The notes beneath the pieces were generated by a model. That model saw only the letters and a program-made list of their open reading frames with translations, was not told the DNA's origin and made no database searches. Positions 12,206 through 23,124 of a stretch of DNA of 44,117 nucleotides are shown here, one piece after another. Source of the stretch: Octopus bimaculoides (taxonomy: Eukaryota); NCBI RefSeq assembly GCF_001194135.2, contig NC_069005.1:22223974-22268090 (forward strand), given 5' to 3'. Position numbers and translations under genes: made by a program. The stretch's first letter is position 1; each line of letters starts with the position of its first letter.

Positions 12206-13161
12206 CGCACAAATCTTCCAGGCCGTCGTGGGTGTGCCTCAGGGCCCGTCGATTTGTCTACCCGAGCGCGTGTGTGCGTGTGTGTACGCGCGTATGTGAG
12301 TATATATTGCTTTGTATGTGTGTTCTTTCATGTCATGCCGTAGACCACCCATGGTGAGATAACATTTACCCACCTAGTCTTCTACACACACCCACACACA
12401 TACACGCACAAACATATGCGCGCATACATACACATACACACACACAACCGCGCGAACTCTTAATTACTTACGGCTTGGGGAGTTAGGTGAGGGTACGGCC
12501 ACTGTAGGTGATTGACAGAGAGAGAGAGAGGGGAGAGAGAGATGAGCGACAAGGAGGGAAATGATGGAGAGAGAGAGAGAGGGAGAGAGTAAGAGTGAGG
12601 AGGGAGGCAAAGAAAGTGAGATGGAGAGAGATGGAAAGCGGCAGTGACAGAGGGGAGGGAAAGCGGCAGTGACAGAGGGGAGGGAAAGAGTGAGCTGTTT
12701 GAGAGGAGAGACGGGTGTGTGGAGACTATGTTGTGCGCTTACGTGAAAGCTCCTACTTCTGTCTAATTGGCGAAGATCCATTTAGTAGTAGTAGTAGGAG
12801 GAGGAAGAGGAGGTGGTAGTGGTGGTGGTGAAGATCAACGAAAGGTTGAAATATAGATGATGATAATGATGACAATGATGAGAGTGACGACGACTACGAT
12901 GATGATGATGATGATGATACGCAGGGTTCGATTCCTTGTGGAGGCTTGCAGGTCCCGTTTTCCCGTCATCTGAAAAGTATTTAGCCGATTCTTTAAACTG
13001 TACTCGCAGCCTTGCAGCGTTCTCGATCTCCTTTATTTTCTGTAGATAACCGACATGTGCGGCGCTTACAAATTTGTTTACATACGCGCGCGCCCGCACA
13101 CGCACACGCACGCACGCACGCACGCACGCGCACGCACACACGCACGCACACACACACACAC

Positions 13162-13200
<39 letters not shown>

Positions 13201-13204
<4 letters not shown>

Positions 13205-13465
13205 TAAGGAGAATGAAGAGCTTGAACACTCAAACTTTATGCTTATTTCCAGTTAGTTTATTCATAATAATAGCCCGACACGTGTTTCAATCGCACCAAC
13301 TGCGTATTGTCGCATATTCATATGCAGCGATTTATGCATTATTATTACGATCTCTTCAGAGCATATATGTGATCGAAATACATGTCGGACTATTATTATA
13401 AGTAAACTAACAGGCAATAAATATAAAGTTTGGATGTTCAGATTCTTCAGTCTCCTAATTATCAA
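13201..13465. mobile_element. Foldback/MITE-like element with ~95-bp diverged inverted arms
   Basis: 13201-13295 aligns with the reverse complement of 13368-13465. The opposite-strand ORF translations ([12 protein letters not shown] vs IRRLKNLNIQTL) mirror each other. Confidence 0.8.
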
Positions 13466-13617
13466 TACTGTACTTTACACTGTAAATAGCCAAGAAATAA
13501 GCTGGAACATCGGATGGGAGCTAAAGGAAGATTACCAATAAACACACCTTGGCTTTTTACTCAGAGAAATTCGGTATCTGCCTGGATATTATACCCCTCC
13601 GCTTACTATATATATAT

Positions 13618-13830
13618 GGGAGAATTTACGAAAAAAACAACAACAGACGAGGACAGGTAGTGTAAACAACAAAGGGGTGTATTAGTTTAACGCTCGGGAA
13701 TACAGAAAATCTTTAACGTTTCGAGCTACGCTCTTCAACAGAAAGAATACGGAGAAAACAAGGAGAAAAACACGGAGAAAAAAAATTGTATGGTTTGGTC
13801 AGCGGTCTATCATGGCGTCTACGGACAGAT
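13618..13830 (-). mobile_element. Putative Penelope-like retroelement terminal fragment
   Basis: Contains a hammerhead-like motif (13711-13745, minus strand) and ends against (TA)n; its end recurs at 2961-2986. The Penelope assignment is inferred from the ribozyme context. Confidence 0.55.
13711..13745 (-). ncRNA. Minimal hammerhead ribozyme-like motif with variant core (CUGUUGA)
   Basis: CUUU | CUGUUGA | A | GAGC-GUA-GCUC | GAAA CGU U | AAAG. Confidence 0.55.
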
Positions 13831-14000
13831 ATATATATTTATTTATTTATATCCCTCCTCTTACTTGAGAGACAAAACAGAACCTTTGTGCACGTTGGTG
13901 TTAATGGATGAGAAGACAGAAAGAGCTTCGTGAAACCTCGCAGCAATTGTGCAATTAGATCTGATAGAAATCCGCCGATTCTAGTATATGAGAGACGATG

Positions 14001-14189
14001 ATAGCAGCGAGCTAACAGAATCGTTTGCACTCCGGGAAAATTACTTTTCTGCATTTCGTCCGTCTTTACGTTCCGAATTCAGTCTCCGCTGAGGTCGACT
14101 TAGCCTTTTATCCTTTTGGGTTTGATAAAATAAGTACCAGTTACTCTTACCTCCGAAATTGCTGGTTGTGTGTCAAAATTTGAGATCAA
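14001..14189 (+). mobile_element. SINE family A (tail B, internal deletion) with 16-bp TSD
   Basis: Core gaggtcgacttagccttttatcc...aaaataagtaccag. TSD tatatgagagacgatg at 13985-14000 and 14190-14205. Confidence 0.9.
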
Positions 14190-14501
14190 TATATGAGAGA
14201 CGATGGAAAGAGGAACTCATCGACAGACAACTTTGGCGGGGGATTTTATGTCAGACACGATCGAAAGCTTAGCTGTTGTTAAGGGTGACAGCAATGCTTT
14301 CACCAGATACCCGAAAAAATAATGACTTTAATTTTACGACAATGCAACTTTTATTAAACCGCTATTTAGGTCTTAAGATTTAAAGGAGTTTTATACATAC
14401 ATACATACATACATACATAAAGAAAAATGGAGAAAATCACGTCTTTAATTGATGGTTACATCATACATTATCGACGATCGTTTCTATTGTGCCAGCATAT
14501 A

Positions 14502-14663
14502 TAGTCGTGCCAAAAGTTTGGAACAGGTTTGAAAATTAAAATTTTTATATTAAATGCCCAAAGTTATATTTAATTTCCAATATATTAATACTATTTACAG
14601 TAATATGGTGGGTATAACAATTTTAATTTTTAAAAAAATGTTCCAAACGTTTGGCCACGACTG
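14502..14663. mobile_element. Tc1-type MITE
   Basis: TIRs (c/t)agtcgtg(g)ccaaaagtttggaaca ... tgttccaaacgtttggccacgactg, with TA on both sides. Confidence 0.88.
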
Positions 14664-14826
14664 TAGATATGGAAAAGTTATAAAATTCCAGTCAAATCAA
14701 TACGTCCGAAAATTTACGCTAACACAATGTTGTCAAGGTATCTGATTGTTTGATATAGTTAACCAAATTCATTCAACACTGAATGCTTTTTAGCTATCTG
14801 CCTTTAATCCTTTTTGTCACTTCATA

Positions 14827-15711
14827 CGAGAGGGGTACCCAAAAGTAACCGGAAACATTCTCTGTAGGACAAGCCCGTTGAAGATCAGGCTTCTGCCGAT
14901 AGAAATCACTTGATACAACCCTCAGGCAACAGTATGCCGACCAGCGTCGTCGGGTGAAGTCGTACTGCCATGTGATGCGTCTTTGTTTTGCAGTGTTTCT
15001 CCCTTGTTCGTCGATTTTTGCAATGGCTGAAACGAAGGAACAGCGTGCTTCCGTGAAATTCTGCTTTCTACTGGGGAAAACGGTGACCGAAACAGTTGTC
15101 ATGCTTCAAACAACTTACAAGGACGTTGTCATGAGCAAAACACATGATAGGAATGATCACTTGTCGCTTGCAGACCAACCTCGTTCAGGACGACCGTCGA
15201 CTTCCTGAACAAATGAAGACATCATGAAAATTCATGAACTGATCTTGGAGGACCGTCACCGAACAATTGAAGAACTTCTTGATATGACTGGTGTGTCTTG
15301 GAGCTCCTTCCAACGTATTTTCAGCAAGGAATTGCAAATGAAAAGAGTTGCAGCAAAATTTGTGCCTCGTTTGCTCACAGAAGATCAAAAGCAGTCACGA
15401 TTGAATGCGTGTCATGAACTGAAAGAACAGTTGGAAGTTGATCCGGACCATTTTTCGAAGGTCATCACTGGTGACGAAAGCAGGTGCTACGGAATTTGCA
15501 TATGAGGAAGAGATGAAGAAAGAAACGACGAAGCCGTTAAAAGGTATTACTTCGCAAGAGTTCCAGCACTGCTTCGAATAGTGGAAAACGCGCCTGGACT
15601 GATGAATTGCTTCAAATGGAGAATACTTTGAAGGCGATAAAATTGTAAACATGTAAAACTAAGTGAATAAAATAATATTGCAAAACTCCGGTTTCTTTTG
15701 GGTATCCATCG
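14827..15711 (+). mobile_element. Mariner transposon, internally deleted
   Basis: TIRs cgagaggggtacccaaaagtaaccgga / tccggtttcttttgggtatccatcg, with TA on both sides; transposase remnants inside. Confidence 0.93.
15023..15656 (+). pseudogene. Mariner transposase pseudogene
   Basis: MAETKEQRASVKFCF...PRSGRPST*...KFVPRLL (WVPR/HEL-type motif)...VITGDES (first catalytic Asp), then a deletion and C-terminal GEYFEGD. Stops and frameshifts are present. Confidence 0.9.
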
Positions 15712-16519
15712 TATATAAATACATTCCTATGTGCGTGTGTGTGTGTGTGTGTATATACACACACACACATTAATATCGAACAGTGAGAATGAGTGCTCAA
15801 TACCTCATTGATGGATAAATATTCTTAATTCTCTTTATTTGTGGGATACTCAAACTATCAATGGTTTCATGTTGAAAGATATCTCTCAACAATTACTCGA
15901 GTTTCTCACATGGGACTTTGGTGTTCGTTCCCAACTTGGATACACGTGCACACACACACATACACGCGCGTACACACAAATACAGATCTTTTAGCCTTCG
16001 TCGGTGGATAGTTACAAACGAATGAGGTCGGATTTTCGTCCGCTCATGCGGGGCTCCCCACAATTGCTCTAAACAATCTCCCGATCTTTTTAGAGATATC
16101 AGCTGAATATCTCTCAAACCACACCCAATTTACTGTCTTCAAAAGAAAGCCTGGATACCTTCCGATAATCTAGTTCCAGATAATTCTATCAAAAGGTAGG
16201 TCGGCCACAGCTGCTCCATTTCGATCTGCTCAATCATTCATTACGAGACACGACACAACAACAACGACATCTCTAGCAACAATAACGGTCTGTTCACTTT
16301 TCATAACTCTTCAGGAAGCGGGTCACAGTTATTAAATCTTGGTTATGGGTCAATTGAAAGAGGACAACAAAATCATTCGGTTGGATGGCTTTTGCCGTTT
16401 TCTCTCTCTATTTGATTTAAATACTTTGTATTAAGACAGGATGTCTATAAACGTACATTTAAACATATGTACAAACATACCTACATGCAACTTTTATTTA
16501 TTTATTGTTTTTGTTTTTG

Positions 16520-16590
16520 ACTTGTTTCAGTCATTACACTACGTCCATGTTGGGGCACTGGCGTGAAGAATCTACTCCAGTACTTTTTTT
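16520..16590 (-). mobile_element. SINE family D 3' fragment (similar fragment at ~4695-4735)
   Basis: ttgtttcagtcatt...ccatgttggggcactg matches 39181-39220. Confidence 0.55.
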
Positions 16591-16683
16591 AAGCTCACGT
16601 TCTTAATTTCCTTTCTGACTTCCCAGGGAATATTCCAAACGATTATAATAAATTTCCGCACCAAATTGCGTTATTGCTTAAAG

Positions 16684-16939
16684 CAGTATTTCTCAACCAT
16701 TTTTTGTTTATGAACCTCCTTTGATACCTATTTTACACCACTGGAACTCCGTAGCCATTCAATGTATAAAAAAAAAAACCTTACAGTATTTTTTATAATT
16801 GAATATTATTAAGAATGGTATAAAAACAACTTTAAATATTTTAAGTACTGTAGAAATATAACCAATTTATTGCACATGAATTTTAACAAGATCTTACATG
16901 GGCCCCAAGGGCCATATGGACCCCGGTTTAGAAGCATTG
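16684..16939. mobile_element. hAT (Charlie-like) MITE
   Basis: Ends cagtatttctcaacc ... ggtttagaagcattg resemble CAGTGTTTCTCAACC-type TIRs; the 8-bp TSD is not recognisable. Confidence 0.6.
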
Positions 16940-17006
16940 ATAATATTTTGAAACAATGCATGTGTTTGTACGCCTACGTATATAGTATATACGTTTACAC
17001 ATATAA

Positions 17007-17038
<32 letters not shown>

Positions 17039-17427
17039 TCACATATATCTATATACCGTAGAGCTCCATAATGCGTAATGTTCTCCACTAAAATCAGCAT
17101 AAGCAATACTAAGATTACATTGCTATTAAATAGCTACATGTTGGCTTGCTTCGCTTCACTTTCATTTTGTATGTAACACTATTTGATTATATAACTGCAT
17201 GTTATATATAAACAAACAATACACTTCTTTCCTTCAGTTGGCAGGGTGACAATTATGTTAATGAGCTGGGCTCAATTTTTCACTGCACATAAACGTAGAT
17301 AGAATAAGGATATTTGCAATGATATTGTTTAATAATGAATATTAACTATTTTAAAAATGCATCGAAGTGTACATACATACATACATACATACATGTATAT
17401 ATAAATATATGTGTGTGTATGTGTGTA

Positions 17428-17617
17428 CGAGGAGGTTGCGAACTGTTCCTGGCTTTAATGATATCGCGAAAGACCTGGTTGGAGGCCCGACTTTCCGGGT
17501 CCTTTTACAGGGCTTAGAAAACCTAAAAGACAGATGTATTAAATGTGTGAATCAGAGAGGAGAATAAGTTGAATAAAACCATAACTGATCCTCCTGCATT
17601 TTTTCAGCATCTCCACG
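17428..17617 (+). mobile_element. Miniature mariner derivative
   Basis: Starts ta|cgaggaggttgcgaactgttcc. Contains only the transposase C-terminus (GLENLKDRCIKCVNQRGE*VE*) and a decayed right TIR (tttttcagcatctccacg). Confidence 0.75.
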
Positions 17618-18364
17618 TGTGTATGTATATACATATATGTGCGTGCGCGTGCGTGCGTGCGCGTGTATATATATANNNNNNNNNNNNNNNNNNNNNNNNN
17701 NNNNNNNNNNNNNNNNNNNNNNNNNNNNNNNNNNNNNNNNNNNNNNNNNNNNNNNNNNNNNNNNNNNNNNNNNNNNNNNNNNNNNNNNNNNNNNNNNNNN
17801 NNNNNNNNNNNNNNNNNNNNNNNNNNNNNNNNNNNNNNNNNNNNNNNNNNNNNNNNNNNNNNNNNNNNNNNNNNNNNNNNNNNNNNNNNNNNNNNNNNNN
17901 NNNNNNNNNNNNNNNNNNNNNNNNNNNNNNNNNNNNNNNNNNNNNNNNNNNNNNNNNNNNNNNNNNNNNNNNNNNNNNNNNNNNNNNNNNNNNNNNNNNN
18001 NNNNNNNNNNNNNNNNNNNNNNNNNNNNNNNNNNNNNNNNNNNNNNNNNNNNNNNNNNNNNNNNNNNNNNNNNNNNNNNNNNNNNNNNNNNNNNNNNNNN
18101 NNNNNNNNNNNNNNNNNNNNNNNNNNNNNNNNNNNNNNNNNNNNNNNNNNNNNNNNNNNNNNNNNNNNNNNNNNNNNNNNNNNNNNNNNNNNNNNNNNNN
18201 NNNNNNNNNNNNNNNNNNNNNNNNNNNNNNNNNNNNNNNNNNNNNNNNNNNNNNNNNNNNNNNNNNNNNNNNNNNNNNNNNNNNNNNNNNNNNNNNNNNN
18301 NNNNNNNNNNNNNNNNNNNNNNNNNNNNNNNNNNNNNNNNNNNNNNNNNNNNNNNNNNNNNNNN

Positions 18365-18447
<83 letters not shown>

Positions 18448-18755
18448 AAGTGGAAGGCGAAAAAAGATGTTGAGTGCGAAACAGTAAATGTTCCATGTTA
18501 TAAAGCTCGCTTCTGAAACTTTCTCACGGAAGACAAACAAACAAACAACCAGCCAGTGCAACAAAACAACATACAATAAAAGACAGAAGGAACGGCGCCT
18601 CTCTTCGTCACTCGACTTGCTAAAAACAACGACTGATATATCCTCAAGTCACAGCCTACCATCATTGGAAGGACACATTGGACAATGTTTGTCCTAGATA
18701 TATAGGGCGGGCCAAAAGTCACGCACAAAAGCATTAGAGATTTTATTTATCTTAC

Positions 18756-18756
<1 letters not shown>

Positions 18757-18793
<37 letters not shown>

Positions 18794-19258
18794 CGGGGTA
18801 AAATATACGAAGCCCAGTATACCCATCATGACTACCTGTCGGATAAGGGTACATCAGGCACATGCATCTCAACCATGTGCGTGACATGGATCACCATCTC
18901 ATGCACATATCAAGATAAACAGCGCATGACCTTACAGGTGGGGCCCAGTTAGAATTTTCTTCAGATCGAGTAGCCCATGTCACTCAAAAGGTCCCTGAAT
19001 AAGGGTTGTTTAAGGATGTTGAACAAGACACCCATGTTTCCAGAGGGGAATTATCCAAACCCTAAAGAATTCCTCTCAACACATGACTATGATGCTCCCT
19101 AATGTTTCGGCTCGTGATCGAGATGCACATATCCTCTGCCACTAAGGGACATGCTCAACTGGTTATGGTCAAACAGCTGAGAAGCAAACCTATGGTATTG
19201 AGCAGAATATTTGTTTTAGTCCATCTTTTATACCAAGACAAAACAATCTACATGACAA
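18757..19258 (-). mobile_element. Dispersed repeat ending in (TAA)n, probable non-LTR 3' UTR; partial second copy at 35095-35232
   Basis: tctcaaca(c/t)atg(a/g)ctatgatgctccc...gagatgca(c/t)atat...gacatgctcaa is shared by the two loci; an (ATT)n run lies at 18757-18792. Confidence 0.7.
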
Positions 19259-19660
19259 CACCAATGTTTTCCTCGGTGCTGGCAATTGCAGGACGTCTAG
19301 ACCTTGGATCAATTTCAAGACACTCTCTTTCCCTTTAGATTCTGCTGTCCACTTTTGCACTGTTGATACAGCCGGAGTGTCATCCCTTAATGTAGCAACT
19401 ATGTCAGCATGAATATCCTTAGGGGTTAAACCTTTTTTCTGCAGGTACTTGATAACACGACGATGCCACATTTTGTCGATTTTCAAGAGAAGTCACTGCT
19501 AGTTACTTTTGAAGTGTTTTTTTGAACAGTCAGATGTCAGTTTACTTTGAAAGAAACAATGCGGTTATTAATAAAAATTGAGATTAAAGTATGCAAGATT
19601 TCACATTTCTAGCATCGCTTCTTTATAGTCCGTCTATGATCTTCACAACCACCCTCTTCC
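19258..19660 (-). mobile_element. Mariner 5' fragment with transposase N-terminus (pseudogene)
   Basis: DKMWHRRVIKYLQKKGLTPKDIHADIVATLRDDTPAVSTVQKW, then a frameshift to LEIDPRSRRPA. This is a mariner HTH region; the start codon is mutated. Confidence 0.88.
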
Positions 19661-19914
19661 ATTTCGTGCTCTGATAGTAAAATAGCCGGACAAGCTTGTA
19701 TAGCGTGCTGTGTACTACCCTGTAACCTTCTGAACCATGACCACTCTAGAATCTAACTAGGAGCATCTGACTTAACGGAGATTTGGCCGCAATTTCTTGC
19801 AGGTCTGTTAATGCTATCTTCTGTCGTAATGTTAGACTGCGCAAGGGTCGCTTGTTCAGTTTTGAAAACGACGGCGCAGATGCAGCTAAACAGAAATGTT
19901 CCTGATGAGCAAAT

Positions 19915-20205
19915 GACGATGACAATGACGATAACGATGCTGATTGTGATGACAGTGATGGTGACAACTATGATGATGATGATGATGATGATGATGATGG
20001 TAATAGAGATGATTGCAGGGGCTGTCGTCATTGACTTCGTTTTTGTTGTTACTGTTGTGGTGGCAGTGGCGGCGGTAGTGGAGGTGGTAGTGCTTATGGT
20101 GGTGATGGTAGCGGTGATGGAAAGCGGTGGTTGTTAGGCTATGGCGACGACAGTAGCGATGACGACGACGACGATGATGATGATGATGAGTAACAACGAT
20201 AATTA
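19915..20205. repeat. (GAT)n/(GGT)n/(GAC)n trinucleotide low-complexity tract
   Basis: Directly visible; source of the poly-M, poly-H and poly-I ORFs. Confidence 0.92.
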
Positions 20206-20640
20206 TGATAATTTCTTTTCCTTTGGTAACAGTCCAAAATTTACAGAAAAAAAATCGACGTCGCGGTTGAGTGATTTCATTTCTATACAAACAATACACC
20301 ATCCTACTTTCCCATATCACAAAAGCTACACACACCTCAGGAAACAGAATACAATATATCAAGACAGGTTAAACATTTAGCACATAAAACAAATACAAAT
20401 ATAAGCAACTCCTTCACCCACCCACACAAGACTGAGAAGCCGCCACCAAGGCAGGATCGTGGCCCCACCCCACCTCCATCTCTCACCACCCTCTTCTCTA
20501 AATACCTCCTGGAAATTATATTTTCTGACTTTGCTCGTGAGCATCTTCAGCCTGAGCTGAGACGTGAAGGGCTTCTATATTTTCTAGACAAGGGGATGCG
20601 AGACGGCACTTCAGGAGATGTACAAGTATATATTCTATAG

Positions 20641-20851
20641 GTTCTAGATTTTGGCACAAGGCCAGCAATTTCGGGAGATGGGGATAAGTCGATTTCATCA
20701 ATACTCAATTGATACTTATTTTATCGACCTCTGTAAAAGTGAAAGGAAAAGTCGACCTCTGCGGAATTTAAACACAGAAGGGAAAGACGGACGAAATGCC
20801 GCTGAGCATTTTGCCCGGCCCCGCTAACGAATTCCGCCAGTTCACCGCCTT
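20641..20851 (-). mobile_element. SINE family A, tail B
   Basis: Reverse complement of head (aaggcggtgaactggcgg), core (gaggtcgacttttcctttc) and tail (aaattgctggccttgtgccaaaat). Confidence 0.88.
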
Positions 20852-21059
20852 CCAGTATATAATTTATTTAAAATACTTTTCAAAATGAAATCAATACCTA
20901 TTAAAAATAATCTTTCTCTGTTAAGCACACTAACAACTTTATCATATTCTCTGTATATAAGTTTGACTTTTTATGGTCACTATTGTGTTTAAGGTTTCTT
21001 TTTCTAATTACTAAATTTACATTTACATCTGAGTTAAAAGGAGTTTGTTTTAGTTCAAT

Positions 21060-21226
21060 TTATTCATTCGCCGTTTGTATATGGTTCGAGTAAAAAACAA
21101 AAATTAGTTTGTCATTGCAAAACTGACATTTTTCATTTTTAAATGTGTTATCACTTTTGTGAAGGGAGCGAAAATTAATCAAGTATTCACTAGAGTCGCA
21201 GGACTTAGAAAAGGTTGGAAACCATC
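21060..21226. mobile_element. Possible hAT/Charlie-like element end
   Basis: gtcgcaggacttagaaaaggttggaaaccat resembles a Charlie-type terminus; the other end was not identified. Confidence 0.35.
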
Positions 21227-22462
21227 TACTACAGGCAGTGAACCCTCATCTGTTGATAGGATCTTCAACAACATTTAGCATCTAGGAGCACCTGGTACTC
21301 TTTCCCTATCACCTCTTGAAACAGCGGTGTATTTTATTCGGTCACAGGTGATTTGGAGTATCTTAAAGTTCAAAAGTTCCGTGTAAGTGTCTCTTGCCTC
21401 TTCATGAGAAACGTTCAGCCCTTTGCTAAAATTTTATCTAGTTTCTATCTTTCCTTGCCCTTCTTTTTATATTCTTATTGTGTCCGACAGTTTCCCCAGA
21501 CTGTCTGGCCTTCTCTGCACTACCACAAGGTCATAGGATGGTACATTTGTAAATAATCTCTGGTAAATCTTTGCTAAATAGGATGATCCTTCAGCTTATC
21601 GGTCATCCTGCTGCCGGTGGTGTGGCAAAAGTTCTTAGTGCCTGGGTTAACAGTAATTTTGGTATCACTGTCTTAATGAAAAGGCATTTTAANNNNNNNN
21701 NNNNNNNNNNNNNNNNNNNNNNNNNNNNNNNNNNNNNNNNNNNNNNNNNNNNNNNNNNNNNNNNNNNNNNNNNNNNNNNNNNNNNNNNNNNNNNNNNNNN
21801 NNNNNNNNNNNNNNNNNNNNNNNNNNNNNNNNNNNNNNNNNNNNNNNNNNNNNNNNNNNNNNNNNNNNNNNNNNNNNNNNNNNNNNNNNNNNNNNNNNNN
21901 NNNNNNNNNNNNNNNNNNNNNNNNNNNNNNNNNNNNNNNNNNNNNNNNNNNNNNNNNNNNNNNNNNNNNNNNNNNNNNNNNNNNNNNNNNNNNNNNNNNN
22001 NNNNNNNNNNNNNNNNNNNNNNNNNNNNNNNNNNNNNNNNNNNNNNNNNNNNNNNNNNNNNNNNNNNNNNNNNNNNNNNNNNNNNNNNNNNNNNNNNNNN
22101 NNNNNNNNNNNNNNNNNNNNNNNNNNNNNNNNNNNNNNNNNNNNNNNNNNNNNNNNNNNNNNNNNNNNNNNNNNNNNNNNNNNNNNNNNNNNNNNNNNNN
22201 NNNNNNNNNNNNNNNNNNNNNNNNNNNNNNNNNNNNNNNNNNNNNNNNNNNNNNNNNNNNNNNNNNNNNNNCTTCTGTGATCTGCAGCTCTGCTCCAGTA
22301 TATTCTTTTAGTTATTGAGTATCATCAGTATTCGGAGGTTCATGCAGATCCCACCCCGCTGCAAACCACATGCCATTTCGGTTCAATTCTCGTTCAACAC
22401 ATCCGCACTATTACTCAAAAGTGATGATTAATCAAGCTCCGATGACATTATTAATATACCCT

Positions 22463-22692
22463 AAGGCGACGAGCTGACAGAAACGTTAGCACGCCGGGTG
22501 AAATGCTTAGCGGTATTTCGTCTGTTACGTTCTGAGTTCAAATTCCGCCGAGGTCGACTTTGCCTTTCATCCTTTCGGGGTCGATGAATTAAGTATCAGT
22601 TACGCACTGGGGTCGATGTAATCGACTTAATTTTTTGCGTGTTCTTGTTTGCCCCCTCTATGTTCAGCCCCTTGTGGGCAATAAAGAAATAA
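22463..22692 (+). mobile_element. SINE family A, tail type A
   Basis: Well preserved: gagttcaaattcc B-box, gaggtcgactttgcctttcatcctttcggggtcgat core, tail ccctctatgttcagccccttgtgggcaataaagaaataa. Confidence 0.95.
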
Positions 22693-22888
22693 GAATCGTT
22701 AGCACGCCGGGCGAAATGCTTACAGATATTTCGCCCGTTGTTACGTTCTAAGTTCAAATTCCGCCAAGGTCCACTTTGCCTTTCATCATTTCGGGGTCGA
22801 TAAAGTAAGTACCAATTGAACACTGGGGTCGATGTAATAGACTCATCCCCTCCCCCAAGATTGCTGCCCTTGTGGCAAAATTTTAAAC
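22693..22888 (+). mobile_element. SINE family A, tail type B (head split off)
   Basis: Begins gaatcgttagcacgccgggcg; tail attgctgcccttgtggcaaaattttaaacc. Confidence 0.93.
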
Positions 22889-22905
22889 CATTATTAATAT
22901 ACCCT

Positions 22906-23124
22906 AAGGTGGCGAGCTGGCAGAATCGTTAGCACACCGGGTAAAATGCTTAGCGTATTTCGTCTGCCGCTACGTTTTGAGTCCAAATTTCGCCGAATTC
23001 GACTTTGCCTTTCATCCTTTCGGGGCCGATAAATTAAGTACCAGTGAAACACTGGGGTTGATGTAATCGACTGGTCCCCTCCCCAGAAATTTCAGGCCTT
23101 ATGCCTTTAGTAGAAAGGATTAAT
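22906..23124 (+). mobile_element. SINE family A, tail type C
   Basis: aaggtggcgagctggcagaatcg head; tail ggtcccctccccagaaatttcaggccttatgcctttagtagaaaggatt. Confidence 0.93.

Noticed and set aside
12217-12270. VVGVPQGPSI resembling the RT GVPQGS motif
   Set aside because: It is an isolated ~55-bp island between microsatellites with no other RT motif nearby.
12633-12688. 25-nt tandem duplication ggaaagcggcagtgacagaggggag x2
   Set aside because: It is ordinary slippage within a GA-rich tract.
12924-12935. Perfect Pol III B-box ggttcgattcc
   Set aside because: There is no A-box upstream (only (GAT)n) and no SINE body downstream; an 11-mer match alone is insufficient.
22446-23124. CRISPR-like repeated units
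   Set aside because: The units are ~200-bp SINE copies in a eukaryotic context, with no short repeat-unique spacer periodicity and no cas genes.
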